Shown: positions 19,608 through 34,943, counted from the first letter of the stretch. The stretch is 64,000 nucleotides of DNA from Alphaproteobacteria bacterium (GCA_964291215.2 OZ219791.1:1696001-1760000), one strand, 5' to 3'. The notes: generated from the sequence alone by a model not told the origin. A program made the numbers and translations.

Positions 19608-20387
19608 ATGTCCGCTACCTGCCCTTCCGGGTTCGCTGCGATCGCCCACGCGTTGGCCGATGCGAGCGGTTGCGTCATCCGCCGGTATTTCCGTGCGCCG
19701 ATAGGGGTGGACGACAAGGAGGATGCGTCGCCCGTGACGGTCGCCGACAGGGAAGCCGAACAGGCCATCCGCGAGCTTCTTGCGCTGAAGCGTCCCGGGG
19801 ACGGCGTCGTCGGGGAGGAGTTCGGCGGCGAACGCACGGACGCCGAGTTCGTCTGGGTCATCGATCCCATCGATGGCACGAAGTCGTTCCTTGCCGGACG
19901 TCCGCTCTTCGGAACCCTGATCGCCGCCATGCGGGGAGGCGTTCCAATTCTCGGCGTGATCGACCAGCCGGTTTCCGGCGAACGGTGGATCGCATGCCGC
20001 GGCGCCGGCGCCGCGTTCAACGGCGAGCCGGCGAGGGTCCGCAGTTGTCCGAGGCTTGCCGAAGCCGTGGTTGCCACGACATCGCCGCGCCTGTTCACGC
20101 CCGACGGGGTGTTGCGATTCGAGCAGGTCGAGAACGCGGCCAGGTACGCCGTGTTCGGCGGCGACTGCTACAATTATGGCCTTCTCGCGATGGGACGGGT
20201 TGATGTCGTCATCGAGTCCGGCCTGAAACTCCATGATTTCTGCGCGCTCGCGCCGATCGTCGAGGAGGCGGGCGGAACAATCACCGACTGGTCCGGCAGG
20301 CCGCTCGACGCGGACTCCTCCGGCGATGTCGCTGCTGCCGGCGACGCCTGCCTGCACCGGGAGGTCCTGGCAGCGCTCGCGGATTGA
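19608..20387 (+). CDS. hisN: Histidinol-phosphatase, inositol monophosphatase family
   Basis: SPVTVADREAE, GEEFG, WVIDPIDGTKSF, GGDCYNYGLLA. Confidence 0.85.
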   Translation: MSATCPSGFAAIAHALADASGCVIRRYFRAPIGVDDKEDASPVTVADREAEQAIRELLALKRPGDGVVGEEFGGERTDAEFVWVIDPIDGTKSFLAGRPLFGTLIAAMRGGVPILGVIDQPVSGERWIACRGAGAAFNGEPARVRSCPRLAEAVVATTSPRLFTPDGVLRFEQVENAARYAVFGGDCYNYGLLAMGRVDVVIESGLKLHDFCALAPIVEEAGGTITDWSGRPLDADSSGDVAAAGDACLHREVLAALAD

Positions 20388-20417
20388 GCGGCCGGGCCGC
20401 GGCAGGGAGACGGAAGG

Positions 20418-20774
20418 ATGGAGGTCAACATTTCCGAGATCGTGGCCGAGGTTGCGGAAGCCTTCATGGCCTACGAAAAGGCGCTCCTTGCCGACGATGT
20501 CGACGGGATCGACGAGCTCTTCTGGAATGATGCCCGGACGCTGCGCTACGGCCCCAACGGCACGCTCGTCGGCTATGCGGCGTTGTCCGCCTTCCGCCGC
20601 GGCATCGGCCCGTGGACGCGGACGCTGAGAGACATCAGAATCGTCACCTTCGGCCGCGACTTCGCTGTTGCCAACACCGAATCGACACGGCCCGGCACTG
20701 CCGCCGTCAGCCGCCAGAGCTGGACCCCGGACGGATGGCGGATCGTGGCGGCCCATGTCTCGGACCAGCCCTGA
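20418..20774 (+). CDS. AtzH-like/HpxZ (DUF3225) protein
   Basis: YEKAL...LFWND...RYG...FGRDFAV...RQS...GWRIVAAHVS; appears a few residues short before GWRI. Confidence 0.8.
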   Translation: MEVNISEIVAEVAEAFMAYEKALLADDVDGIDELFWNDARTLRYGPNGTLVGYAALSAFRRGIGPWTRTLRDIRIVTFGRDFAVANTESTRPGTAAVSRQSWTPDGWRIVAAHVSDQP

Positions 20775-20909
20775 GATCGGTTCCCGGCGCGCTGCGGGGA
20801 CGCTTCCGGGCGGCGGCGTTCCCGGGCTGCAATCGGGTTATGAAGACGGCCGCCGCGCCGGTATATTCGCTGCCGTCGGACCAACGTTTCGCAACAGGGA
20901 GAGACAGGC

Positions 20910-22727
20910 ATGAAGCTGTCCGCCACGGCCGCCGCGGTTCTTGTCGTACTGTCGGCGCTCGTGCCATCCGGAGTGCTGGCGGCAGATGACGGCACCACGG
21001 TCGCCCATGGCCTCACGCTGGTCGGCAAGCTCAAGTATCCGCCGGATTTCAGGCATCTCGACTACGTCAACCCCGACGCGCCCAGGGGCGGTGTGCTGCG
21101 CCAGCACGCCATCGGAACCTTCGACTCCTTCAACCCGTTCAGCATCAGGGGCACGCCGGCGGCCGGGCTCGGTTTCGTCTACGAGACCCTTCTTGCGTCG
21201 GCACCCGACGAAATTTCTGCAGAATACGGCGCGATTGCCGAGAGCGTCGAGGTCCCGGACGACCTTTCCTGGGTCGTCTACACCCTGCGGGCGGAAGCCC
21301 GTTTTCATGACGGCTCGCCGATAACGGTTGATGACGTGATCTGGTCGTTGAACGCGCTCAAGGAGAAGGGCAGGCCGCATTTCCGTTTCTATTACAAGAA
21401 CATCACTCGGGCGGTGAAGGTCGGCGAGCGCAAGGTGAAGTTCGAGCTGAGCGGTCCGCCCAATCGCGAGCTCCCCCAGATCACCGGCCAGCTGCCGGTA
21501 CTGTCCCGGAAATGGTGGGCCGAACGTCCCTTCGACCGGACCACGCTGGATCCTCTGCTCGGCAGCGGGCCTTACAGGATCGCGGCCTTCGAGACGGGCC
21601 GCTTCGTCGAACTCGAACGGGTGCCGGACTGGTGGGGCGCCGCCCTTCCGATCAATAGCGGCCGCTACAATTTCGACCGCATCCGCATCGACTATTACCG
21701 CGACCAGACCGTGGCGCAGGAAGCGTTCAAGGCCGACAGGTATGACTACCGCATCGAGACCAACTCGCTGATCTGGGCTACGGCCTACGATTTTCCGGCG
21801 CGCCGCGACGGCAGGGTCAAGCTTGAACAGGTGCCGCACCGCCGGCCGACGGGCATGCAGGCGTTCGTCTTCAACCTGCGCCGTCCGCAGTTCACCGACC
21901 CTGTCCTGCGCGAGGCTATGGCCTTTGCGTTCGATTTCGAGTGGTCGAACAGGAATCTCTTCTACGGGCAGTATGCCCGGACGAAGAGCTTCTTCTCGAA
22001 TTCGGAACTGGCGGCGCGGATGCCGCCGTCGCCGGAGGAGCTTGCGCTGCTCGAGCCCTGGCGAGGCCGAATACCGGACAGAGTCTTCTCGAAGGTTTAC
22101 GAACCGCCTTCCACGGATGGTTCGGCAAATGTCCGCAAGAATCTGGGCAGGGCGCTCACGCTGCTCAAGGGGAACGGCTACCGGATCAGCGAGAACCGCC
22201 TCATCTCTCCGGTGACGTCGAAACCTGTGTCGTTCGAAATTCTGCTCGTCTCGCCTGCCTTCGAGCGGATCGTCACGCCGTTTGCTCGCAACCTCAAGCG
22301 TCTCGGCATCGACGCCTCGATACGCACGGTAGACCAGTCGCAATACATCAACCGCCTCAACGCGTTCGACTTTGATATGATCGTCGGCGGCGCGGGCCAG
22401 TCCGAATCTCCGGGCAACGAGCAACGCGACTACTGGAGTTCGGCCGCCGCTGGCCGTCAGGGCAGCCGGAACCATGGCGGCATCAGCAATCCCGCGGTGG
22501 ACGATCTGATCGAGAAGATAATCGCGGCGCCAACCCGGGCCGGCGTCGTCACGGCGACTCGCGCCCTCGACCGGGTTCTGCTGTGGAACCACTACGTGAT
22601 TCCGCAGTGGCATATCCGCATGACCCGCCTCGCCTACTGGGATCGGTTCGGAATACCTGGGCATCCCGCATACGGGCCGGACATCACGAGCTGGTGGCAC
22701 GAGGGCGGGAAGGCGGCCCGCAAGTAA
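20910..22727 (+). CDS. ABC transporter family-5 extracellular solute-binding protein (YejA-like)
   Basis: Signal peptide; LKYPPDFRHLDYVNPDAPRGG, GTFDSFNPF, ARFHDGSPIT, SPGNEQRDYWSS, RALDRVLLW. Confidence 0.9.
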   Translation: MKLSATAAAVLVVLSALVPSGVLAADDGTTVAHGLTLVGKLKYPPDFRHLDYVNPDAPRGGVLRQHAIGTFDSFNPFSIRGTPAAGLGFVYETLLASAPDEISAEYGAIAESVEVPDDLSWVVYTLRAEARFHDGSPITVDDVIWSLNALKEKGRPHFRFYYKNITRAVKVGERKVKFELSGPPNRELPQITGQLPVLSRKWWAERPFDRTTLDPLLGSGPYRIAAFETGRFVELERVPDWWGAALPINSGRYNFDRIRIDYYRDQTVAQEAFKADRYDYRIETNSLIWATAYDFPARRDGRVKLEQVPHRRPTGMQAFVFNLRRPQFTDPVLREAMAFAFDFEWSNRNLFYGQYARTKSFFSNSELAARMPPSPEELALLEPWRGRIPDRVFSKVYEPPSTDGSANVRKNLGRALTLLKGNGYRISENRLISPVTSKPVSFEILLVSPAFERIVTPFARNLKRLGIDASIRTVDQSQYINRLNAFDFDMIVGGAGQSESPGNEQRDYWSSAAAGRQGSRNHGGISNPAVDDLIEKIIAAPTRAGVVTATRALDRVLLWNHYVIPQWHIRMTRLAYWDRFGIPGHPAYGPDITSWWHEGGKAARK

Positions 22728-22821
22728 GCACTTCGAGCCGTGGCGGCGCGATTCGCGCAGGTTGACGCCGAATACCCGACCGACTAATAGCGCTGGCGAA
22801 ACCTTGGGAGATTGTTGACCG

Positions 22822-23751
22822 ATGAGCATCGTGACCATATTCGGTGCCTCGGGCTTTATCGGCCGCTACGTCGTCGCCGAGTTTGCCCGCACAGGCGCGC
22901 GGGTCCGTGCCGCCGTGCGCCGGCCGGAACGCGCCGGCTTCCTGAGACCGCTGGGCGATGTCGGTCAGGTCACCCCCGTGCAGGCCAACATCCGCGATGA
23001 CGCCTCGGTCGCGGCCGCGGTGCAGGGCGCCGGCACCGTCGTCAATCTTGTCGGCCTGCTCGCCGAGCGCGGCAGGCAGAACTTCGCCGCCGTCCATGTC
23101 GAGGGTGCGCGGCGGGTTGCCGCGGCGAGCCGCGACGCCGGGGCTGCATCGCTGGTGCACGTCTCGGCGATCGGCGCCGATCCTGCTGCTGCTGCCGTCT
23201 ACGCCGCAACGAAGGGACGCGCCGAGACGCTTGTCCGCGAGGCCTTCCCCGCAGCGTCCGTTGTGCGTCCCAGCATCGTCTTCGGCCCCGAGGACGATTT
23301 CTTCAACAAGTTTGCGGTGATGGCGCGGCTGGCTCCGGCGTTGCTGCTGATTGGCAGTGGCCGCACCAGGTTCCAGCCGATCTATGTCGCCGATGTCGCG
23401 CGCGCGATTGTGGCAATCACCGGAGACCGCGGGCGCGAGGGGCAGACATGGGAGCTTGGCGGGCCCCAGATTTTCGAGTTCCGGGAATTGATGGAAATGT
23501 TGCTGGCGGAAATTGACCGGCGGCGGCTCTTGGTTCCGGTTCCCTTCCCGCTGGCGGCCTGCATCGGGCTGGTGCTCGAACAGCTTCCCCGCCCCCCCCT
23601 TACCCGCGACCAGGTGCGGCTGTTGCGTTGCGACAGTGTCATTACGGGGGAGCATCCGGGGCTCGACGATCTCGGAATCGAACCGACCGCGGTTGGCGCG
23701 ATCCTGCAGACGTATCTCAGGCGCTACCGGCGCGGCGTCTGGCACCGCTGA
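22822..23751 (+). CDS. Complex I NDUFA9-like NAD(P)-binding SDR protein
   Basis: TIFGASGFIGRYVV, GDVGQV, RPSIVFGPEDDFFNKFA, FQPIYVADVA. Confidence 0.9.
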   Translation: MSIVTIFGASGFIGRYVVAEFARTGARVRAAVRRPERAGFLRPLGDVGQVTPVQANIRDDASVAAAVQGAGTVVNLVGLLAERGRQNFAAVHVEGARRVAAASRDAGAASLVHVSAIGADPAAAAVYAATKGRAETLVREAFPAASVVRPSIVFGPEDDFFNKFAVMARLAPALLLIGSGRTRFQPIYVADVARAIVAITGDRGREGQTWELGGPQIFEFRELMEMLLAEIDRRRLLVPVPFPLAACIGLVLEQLPRPPLTRDQVRLLRCDSVITGEHPGLDDLGIEPTAVGAILQTYLRRYRRGVWHR

Positions 23752-23758
23752 TCGCGAA

Positions 23759-24547
23759 TCACAAATAGACCCAGGCGAGAACGGTGCCTCCGAGCGCCAG
23801 CCGGTAGACGACGAACGGCGTGAAGCTTGAGCGGCGAATCCAGTTCATCATGAGCCGGATCGCAACGATCGCGGTACAGAAGGCGATGACTGCGGCGACG
23901 AGGGCTTCCTCGACGAGTTGAAACGTTCCCAGGTTCCACAACTTCCAGGCGCCGGCGGCGCCGGCGGCGACTATTGCGGGAATCGCGAGTAACATGGAGA
24001 ACCGAGCGGCGTCGGTCCGTTCGAAGCCGAGAAGGCGTCCTGCCGTGATCGTCACGCCGGCGCGGCTGGAACCGGGTACGAGAGCAAGGACCTGAGCGAG
24101 GCCGATCAGCAACGCGCTGCTCCAGGTCATGTCGGCGAGCTGGCGGCTCGTGCCGGCGAAACGGTCGGCAAGATAGAGCAGTATCCCGAATGCGAGCGTC
24201 GTCCAGCCCACCACCTCGGCGCTGCGAAGGAGCGAACCTGCGTAAAGGAATACCAGTCCGCCGACGACCAGGACGGGAATGGTGGCAAGCACGGTCTGGC
24301 CGAGAAGCCGCCGGTCGCTGCCGAATCCGCTGTCCGGCGACAACTGCAGCATGCGCTGGAGATGCGGCCACAGATACACGATCACCGCCAGCAGCGTTCC
24401 GACATGCACGGCGACATCGATCAGCAGGCCCTGGTCAGACCAGCCGGCCAGGGTCGGAACCAGAACGAGATGGCCGGAGGAGCTGACCGGCAGGAATTCG
24501 GTTACGCCCTGGATCGCGGCGAGAATGGCAAGCTGGAGCAGTGTCAA
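23759..24547 (-). CDS. uppP: Undecaprenyl-diphosphate phosphatase
   Basis: QGVTEFLPVSSSGHL and PGSSRAGVTI motifs; TTG start. Confidence 0.93.
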   Translation of the reverse strand: MTLLQLAILAAIQGVTEFLPVSSSGHLVLVPTLAGWSDQGLLIDVAVHVGTLLAVIVYLWPHLQRMLQLSPDSGFGSDRRLLGQTVLATIPVLVVGGLVFLYAGSLLRSAEVVGWTTLAFGILLYLADRFAGTSRQLADMTWSSALLIGLAQVLALVPGSSRAGVTITAGRLLGFERTDAARFSMLLAIPAIVAAGAAGAWKLWNLGTFQLVEEALVAAVIAFCTAIVAIRLMMNWIRRSSFTPFVVYRLALGGTVLAWVYL

Positions 24548-24616
24548 GTGAATCGTCCGGCATCGGCGGGGGTGGCGGACTATAGCCGCATGGCGGATCG
24601 CCTGCCACCGCGCGGG

Positions 24617-25803
24617 CTAGAATACGTTGGCTTCGAGAACCGGGGTGTTGGCTGCGATCCGTTCGAAACCGAATCGCGTCAGATCGATCGCGCGGTATTC
24701 GCCGAACGAGATCAGTTCCGAGATCGCACGGCCGGCCGCTGCCGCCTGCTGGACGCCATGGCCGCTGAAACCGTTGCAGAACAGGAGTCCGGCGATTTCC
24801 GGATGGGGGCCGAGGATGGCGTTGCGGTCGAAGACGTCGAAGTCGTAATGACCGGCCCAGAACGCGGTTACCTTCACGCTCCCGAATGCCGGCACGCGGT
24901 GCGCCAGGGCGGGCCGGATGATATCGTCCCACGGCGCATGGTCGACCTCGAAGTCGAGCGGATCGCTGTCGGGATCCTCCTCTTCCGGCGGTGAGAGGTG
25001 CCGAGATACTGGCCGCTCTCGGGCTGGAAGGTTGCGCCGCCCGGGTCGATCGTCAGCGGCGCATGCTGCAGGTCGCTGCGGCAGTCGAACACGTAGACGT
25101 AGCGCTTCCTGGGCCGGACCGGCAGGAACACATCGGCGGTTCGCGCCATGGCTCCGGCGCTGGCCCCCGCGGCAAGCACGGTCACGCCCGCTGCAATAGT
25201 CCCGTGTTCCGCCGTCCGGAAGCCGTGAACGGTGTTGGCCGTGCGGTCCAGTTGCATGATCTCGTCCTTGAGGAAGTTTACGCCGAGCGATCGTGCCTTG
25301 CGCCGAAATCCGGAAAGCAGCGTGTTGGGATCGAGCCAGCCCTCGTTGGCATAGCCGAAGACTGCGCCGCCGATGTCCTCCCGGTTGAGCCACGGGAAGC
25401 GTTCGGCCAGCGCATCGCCCTCGAAGAACTCGACCGCGGCGCCGAAACGGCGCTGCAGATTCAGGTTCTGCCGCAATGTCCCTGTTCCCTGCTCGCTGGC
25501 CATCATCAGATAACCCTGTTCGCGAAAGGTTACATCGCATCGCTCGCCGTCGACGCTCAGCAGTTCGCCGGCGGCGCGGGCGAATTCTGCGCCGAACACC
25601 GACATGCGTATGTTCTCGGGCATGGTGAACTGCTGGCGTATGCCGCCCAGAGAGCGGGTTGCCGAACAGGTCTCGTAGGTCGGGTCGCGCTCGACGACGA
25701 CTACCGAACCGCTGAAGTCGGGCGATGCCGCAAGGAAATAGGCTGTCGCGCAGCCCATGATCCCGCCACCCGCTATTGCTACGTCGCAATGCCGCATCTT
25801 CAT
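24617..25803 (-). pseudogene. FAD-dependent oxidoreductase (DAO/FOXRED1-like), split by a frameshift near 24995
   Basis: AGGGIMG and SLGGIRQQF in one frame; WAGHYD...NGFSGHGVQQ in another; frames switch at GQYLGT/SPPEEED. Confidence 0.8.
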
Positions 25804-26004
25804 CCGCAAGACAGTTGTCAGGCCGCCGCCGGAGCGTTGCCGAGTATATTCACCCGGCCGTGTCTCGTGCAATCGGTCAGCGCTGCGGGCGGGGCCGGAA
25901 GGGACAGCCGCGCGGCGCCGGATCCGCGGAATCTCTGCCTTGACATTGCCGCGAGACATCCGATCCCGCGGTCGCGGACATCGGAAATCGTCAGCGTTTC
26001 GGCT

Positions 26005-26140
26005 TTTCGCGATTAGTACCATTTTATGACAAAAAATCGAGCATTAAATCAGTCTTCTAGTTCGTGTGTGGAAAAATTACCTGTTCCTGCGCAAAGAAGG
26101 ATGCTGATGTTGACATTTTCAGGGTTTTCTGCTCAAATAC
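26005..26140. promoter_or_regulatory. AT-rich intergenic tract, probable promoter region of gltDB and the divergent oxidoreductase
   Basis: Marked AT enrichment between divergent genes; no specific sigma or TF site assigned. Confidence 0.4.
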
Positions 26141-26225
26141 GCCTCGTGCATGTGGCTGGATGCGCGATTGATACGGGCGTCACGCCGACACGCGTGACGT
26201 TTCCGGGGTGCCGACGGGGGAATCG

Positions 26226-27665
26226 ATGCCCGAGCAGATGCTGAAGTTCGTTGACCGTGATCGCCGGACGCCGGAGAAGCGTCCGGCGGACATGCGTCGT
26301 GCGGACTTCGACGAGATCTACCGGCAGTTCGATCCGACTGCGGCGGCCGAACAGGCCGGCCGTTGCTCGCAATGCGGTGTGCCGTTCTGCCAAGTCCACT
26401 GTCCGGTGCACAACAACATTCCGGACTGGCTCATGCTGACCGCCGAGGGGCGGCTTGAGGAAGCCTACGAGGTTTCCTCGGCCACAAACAACATGCCAGA
26501 GATCTGTGGCCGGATCTGTCCCCAGGACCGGTTGTGCGAGGGCAACTGCGTCATCGAGCGGGCCGGGCATGGCACCGTTACCATCGGTTCGGTCGAGAAG
26601 TACATCACGGACACGGCCTTCGAGCGCGGCTGGGTACGGCCGGTGTCGCCGCTCAACGAACGCGGGGAGAGCGTCGGCGTCATCGGCGGCGGTCCGGCCG
26701 GTCTTGCCGCGGCGGAGGAGTTGCGCCGCCACGGCTACCAGGTGCATGTCTATGACCGCCACGACCGGATCGGCGGTCTGCTGGTTTACGGGATACCGAA
26801 TTTCAAGCTGGAGAAGCATGTCGTCGGGCGGCGCGTCGACCTCTTGAAGCGGGGCGGCGTCGTCTTCCACCCCGGGTTCGAGGTCGGGCGGGACATGTCG
26901 TTCGCCGAATTGCGCGAGCGCCACGATGCGGTCCTGATCGCAACCGGTGTCTACAAGGCCCGCGATATCAAGGCGCCAGGTTCGGGTCTCGCCAATATCG
27001 TGCCAGCGCTGGACTTTCTCATCGCGTCCAACCGCAAGGGCCTTGGAGACAGCGTGCCGGCCTTCGATGACGGCACGCTCAACGCCGAGGGCAGGAGGAT
27101 CGCCGTCATCGGCGGCGGCGATACGGCGATGGACTGCGTGCGCACGGCGGTGCGCCAGGGAGCGCTGTCGGTGAAGTGCCTCTATCGCCGCGACCGCGCC
27201 AACATGCCGGGCTCGCGCCGCGAAGTTCAGTATGCCGAGGAAGAGGGTGTCGAATTCGCTTGGCTGGCGGCTCCCGAGGCGTTTCTGGGAGACCACCGGG
27301 TGCGCGCTGTCCGCGCACAGCGGATCCATCTCGGCGTGCCCGATTCCTCGGGCCGCCAGACGCCGGAGCCGATTCCGGGTTCGAGCTTCGACGAGAATGC
27401 CGATCTCGTCATCAAGGCTCTCGGCTTCGATCCCGAGGAGCTGCCGCTGCTGTTCGACACGCCCGAGCTGGGCGTCACCGGCTGGGGCACGGTTGCCGTT
27501 GACCACAGGACGATGGCGACGAGCTTCGATGGAGTGTTTGCTGCCGGCGATATCGTGCGCGGCGCATCGCTGGTGGTCTGGGCAATCCGGGACGGGCGCG
27601 AGGCGGCCGCGTCGATTCACACCTATCTCGAGGCGAAGGCGGCGGCGACGGCCGAAGCGGCCTGA
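26226..27665 (+). CDS. gltD: Glutamate synthase (NADPH) small subunit
   Basis: RCSQCGVPFCQVHCP, CGRICPQDRLCEGNC, GGGPAG, GGGDTAMDC, GDIVRGASLVVWAI. Confidence 0.97.
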   Translation: MPEQMLKFVDRDRRTPEKRPADMRRADFDEIYRQFDPTAAAEQAGRCSQCGVPFCQVHCPVHNNIPDWLMLTAEGRLEEAYEVSSATNNMPEICGRICPQDRLCEGNCVIERAGHGTVTIGSVEKYITDTAFERGWVRPVSPLNERGESVGVIGGGPAGLAAAEELRRHGYQVHVYDRHDRIGGLLVYGIPNFKLEKHVVGRRVDLLKRGGVVFHPGFEVGRDMSFAELRERHDAVLIATGVYKARDIKAPGSGLANIVPALDFLIASNRKGLGDSVPAFDDGTLNAEGRRIAVIGGGDTAMDCVRTAVRQGALSVKCLYRRDRANMPGSRREVQYAEEEGVEFAWLAAPEAFLGDHRVRAVRAQRIHLGVPDSSGRQTPEPIPGSSFDENADLVIKALGFDPEELPLLFDTPELGVTGWGTVAVDHRTMATSFDGVFAAGDIVRGASLVVWAIRDGREAAASIHTYLEAKAAATAEAA

Positions 27666-27675
27666 GGGGCGAGAG

Positions 27676-32208
<4,533 letters not shown>

Positions 32209-32210
32209 CG

Positions 32211-32242
32211 GGTGCCTGCGGCGCGATCGCGCCGCAGGCACC
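32211..32242. terminator. Perfect 32-bp palindrome between convergent genes (probable bidirectional terminator)
   Basis: GGTGCCTGCGGCGCGATCGCGCCGCAGGCACC equals its own reverse complement; no clear U-tract. Confidence 0.6.
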
Positions 32243-32252
32243 GTGTTGCGGC

Positions 32253-33311
32253 TCAGGCGCTGCCGTTGGCCTGTTCGCGAAACAGCCCGAGTTTCTGCTG
32301 GACCGGCTGATCGGTGAAGCTGAACAGGAAGGCGTCGTCGTCGGACTCGTGGCTGTGCGGATACCATGCCGGCACCACGAACGTGTCCTTGGCCTTCCAG
32401 TCGAACATGCGGTCTCCGATGCGGGTGCGTCCCGACCCCTCGGCGACCGAATACACCCATGCCGCCGTGGTCTGGTAGACCTCGCCCTGGAATCCCGCGG
32501 GCAGCTTCTGCATATGGGTGCCAATCGTCGGCATCACCGGGCCGCCGCTAACGGGATTGATGTATTCCAGCTTGAAGCCGTGGCGCGGATCGGGGTCTCC
32601 GGAACGGGACAGGTTTTCGAGGGCCTCGCGGGTCTTGACGTAGGGATAGTGGAAGACGGGCGAGTTCTGGGTATCGAACTTTGCTCCGATCGGCAGCATG
32701 TTGGCGCCGTAGCGGAACATGTTGTCGCCGGATGGCCGTCCCTGCGGAAATTCCGGTTCCGGGTAGGGCTGCGCGAATACCGGCCCGAGATAGCGGACCA
32801 GCGGGATGTCGAGCCCGTCGAGCCAGACCACCGGCACGTCGCCCGTATGCCCGTGATCGTGCCATTGCCAGGACGGCGTAAGGATGAGGTCGCCGACCTC
32901 CATGTAGGCCTTCTCGCCATCGATCGCGGTGTAGGCGCCGGTGCCCTCGACGATGAATCTCAGCGCCGCCGGGGAATGGCGGTGCGCGGGCGCGATTTCG
33001 CCCGGCATGATGAGCTGTAACCCCGCGTAAAGCGCCTCGGTGATGCAGGAGCGGCCCTCGAGCGTCGGGTTTTCAAGGACCATGACGCGGCGTTCGGCTT
33101 CCGCTGCGGAAATGATGTCCGCCGATTCCATGATGTATGGCCGGCACTCCTCGTAATCCCACTTGTGTGGCGTCGCCTCCGTCACCGGCTCTTCCGCTAG
33201 CAGGGTGTGCAGGACCTCCCACAGCGGCGTCATGTTCCGGGTCGCCATCCGCGCGTAGAAATCGGCGCGGCTGTTGGTTAGCTCTGGCTTTTCGTGCAGG
33301 GCTCTGTCCAT
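32253..33311 (-). CDS. gtdA: Gentisate 1,2-dioxygenase family (bicupin)
   Basis: AERRVMVLENP, LYAGLQLIMPGEIAPAHRH, WHDHG, WLDGLDIP, DTFVVPAW. Confidence 0.88.
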   Translation of the reverse strand: MDRALHEKPELTNSRADFYARMATRNMTPLWEVLHTLLAEEPVTEATPHKWDYEECRPYIMESADIISAAEAERRVMVLENPTLEGRSCITEALYAGLQLIMPGEIAPAHRHSPAALRFIVEGTGAYTAIDGEKAYMEVGDLILTPSWQWHDHGHTGDVPVVWLDGLDIPLVRYLGPVFAQPYPEPEFPQGRPSGDNMFRYGANMLPIGAKFDTQNSPVFHYPYVKTREALENLSRSGDPDPRHGFKLEYINPVSGGPVMPTIGTHMQKLPAGFQGEVYQTTAAWVYSVAEGSGRTRIGDRMFDWKAKDTFVVPAWYPHSHESDDDAFLFSFTDQPVQQKLGLFREQANGSA

Positions 33312-33636
33312 GGTCCGTCCTCCTTGCGGGGCTGGAAATCTGCCAAGGTTCGTTGATGCCCGGCAAGTGCGGGCACCGCGACTCGCCGGGCGGGCAGGAT
33401 AACACCCGGCGCCGTCACTGTCATCTTTGCTGCGGGCCGGAGCAGGACCATTCTGTTGTCGCGATCGGCGGCGGACAACCGTGTCAGAGTGGCCGTTCAT
33501 GAAGTTGGTGGCACCGTCTCAAGGTCGGAACCGACATATCGACAACGAAATCCGCCCCCGAATGGACCTCCAGATCTGCCTACAACGCCCCCTCGTCGGA
33601 CGGAACCGGACAAAAGAAGAGCCCTGCGGGCCGGAG

Positions 33637-33829
33637 CACGGCGATTCCACGCTGCTAATCCGGCGACGACTGGCGAGATTTTTTCAGTTTGCGTCGCGCT
33701 GCAATCGTTCCGCCAAGGCTTGATGGAGCCTTCTCGGCATGAAAATTGCGATCAAGGAGGCGATCTGTGATGACGCGAGCCCCAACGCATTCGGATTTCG
33801 CGTCTCCGAATTAGCATAGGATCGTCGTG
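33637..33829 (-). repeat. ~190-bp MITE-like repeat, copy 2, with perfect 9-bp target-site duplication
   Basis: Flanked by GGGCCGGAG at 33628-33636 and 33830-33838; imperfect TIRs. Confidence 0.9.
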
Positions 33830-33896
33830 GGGCCGGAGAGCGGATCTTGTCGCGCCGAGGGCAATCCGGCAGGCCGCCATTCGTTCGGGACCGCTG

Positions 33897-34868
33897 TCAG
33901 GTTCCGTGGTAGGAACGGTACCATTCCACGAATCTGGGGATGCCGGATTCGAGCGTCGTGACCGGCTTGAAACCGAGATCCCGTCTGGTCTCCCCGATGT
34001 CCGCATGGGTTTCGCCGACCTCGCCGGGCTGCATCGGCTCCATGATTATCTCGGTCTTCTTTCCGAGTTCCGTCTCGATTAGCCCGATCAGGCGGTCCAG
34101 CGGCTCCGGCCGGCTGTTGCCGATATTGTACAGCCGGTGCGGCGCCTCTGCCGGGGGCGGATTGTCCAGCGCCGCCAGCACACCCGTGACGATGTCGTCG
34201 ATGAAGGTGAAGTCGCGCCGCATGTCGCCGCGGTTGAAAACCCTGATCGGTCGTCCGGCCGCGATCGCATCGGTAAACATGTAGACCGCCATGTCGGGCC
34301 GGCCCCACGGGCCATAGACGGTGAAGAAGCGGAGCCCGGTCTGGGGCAGGCCGTAGAGATGGCTGTAGCAGTGGCTCATCTGTTCGCAGGCGAGCTTGGT
34401 TGCTCCGTAGAGAGACAGGGGCCGTCCTGTTCTGTCCGCGACCGAGAAGGGCCGCCGGGAGGTGTCTCCATAGACCGAGCTCGATGAAGCATAGACGAGG
34501 TGTTCGAGCCCTTTCCGGCGGCGGCAGTATTCGAGAATCTCGACATGGCCGGCCAGATTGGCGTCGACGTAGTCAAAGGGGTGGTCGATCGAATGGCGCA
34601 CGCCCGGCTGCGCCGCGAGATGGACCACGTGCCGGATATCCGCAGCGCCGTCGAGCGCGGCCGTGAGCGTGCCGCGGTCGGCGAGATCAATCCTGTGAAA
34701 GGTGAACCCGTCACGACCCTCGAGGCGGTTGAGCCGGGCCTGTTTCAGGCGGGTGCTGTAATAGCCGCTGACATTGTCGATGCCGACCACGCGCTCGCCG
34801 CGGTCGAGCAGACGAAGCGCCGTATCGCAGCCGATGAAGCCGACAACTCCGGTAACAAGGACCGTCAC
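33897..34868 (-). CDS. NAD-dependent epimerase (UDP-glucuronate 4-epimerase-like)
   Basis: VTGVVGFIG, HLAAQPGVR, YASSSSVYG, YGATK, RFFTVYGPWGRPDMA. Confidence 0.92.
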   Translation of the reverse strand: MTVLVTGVVGFIGCDTALRLLDRGERVVGIDNVSGYYSTRLKQARLNRLEGRDGFTFHRIDLADRGTLTAALDGAADIRHVVHLAAQPGVRHSIDHPFDYVDANLAGHVEILEYCRRRKGLEHLVYASSSSVYGDTSRRPFSVADRTGRPLSLYGATKLACEQMSHCYSHLYGLPQTGLRFFTVYGPWGRPDMAVYMFTDAIAAGRPIRVFNRGDMRRDFTFIDDIVTGVLAALDNPPPAEAPHRLYNIGNSRPEPLDRLIGLIETELGKKTEIIMEPMQPGEVGETHADIGETRRDLGFKPVTTLESGIPRFVEWYRSYHGT

Positions 34869-34943
34869 GTCAGCACGGTGCCGTTGGCGGCGGGCAGGCG
34901 GACCATGTACCGATCAGCGGCAACGCGTCCGCCGCCGACAGGC

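Noticed and set aside
20838-22838. 666-aa minus-strand ORF (similarly 17569..19059, 26133..27620 and 28639..30870)
   Set aside because: Shadow ORFs opposite well-supported yejA-like, M32, gltD and gltB genes.
27232-27675. 148-aa N-terminal extension of gltB in the ORF track
   Set aside because: Overlaps gltD; the plausible start is ATG 27676, giving a normal propeptide before the catalytic Cys.
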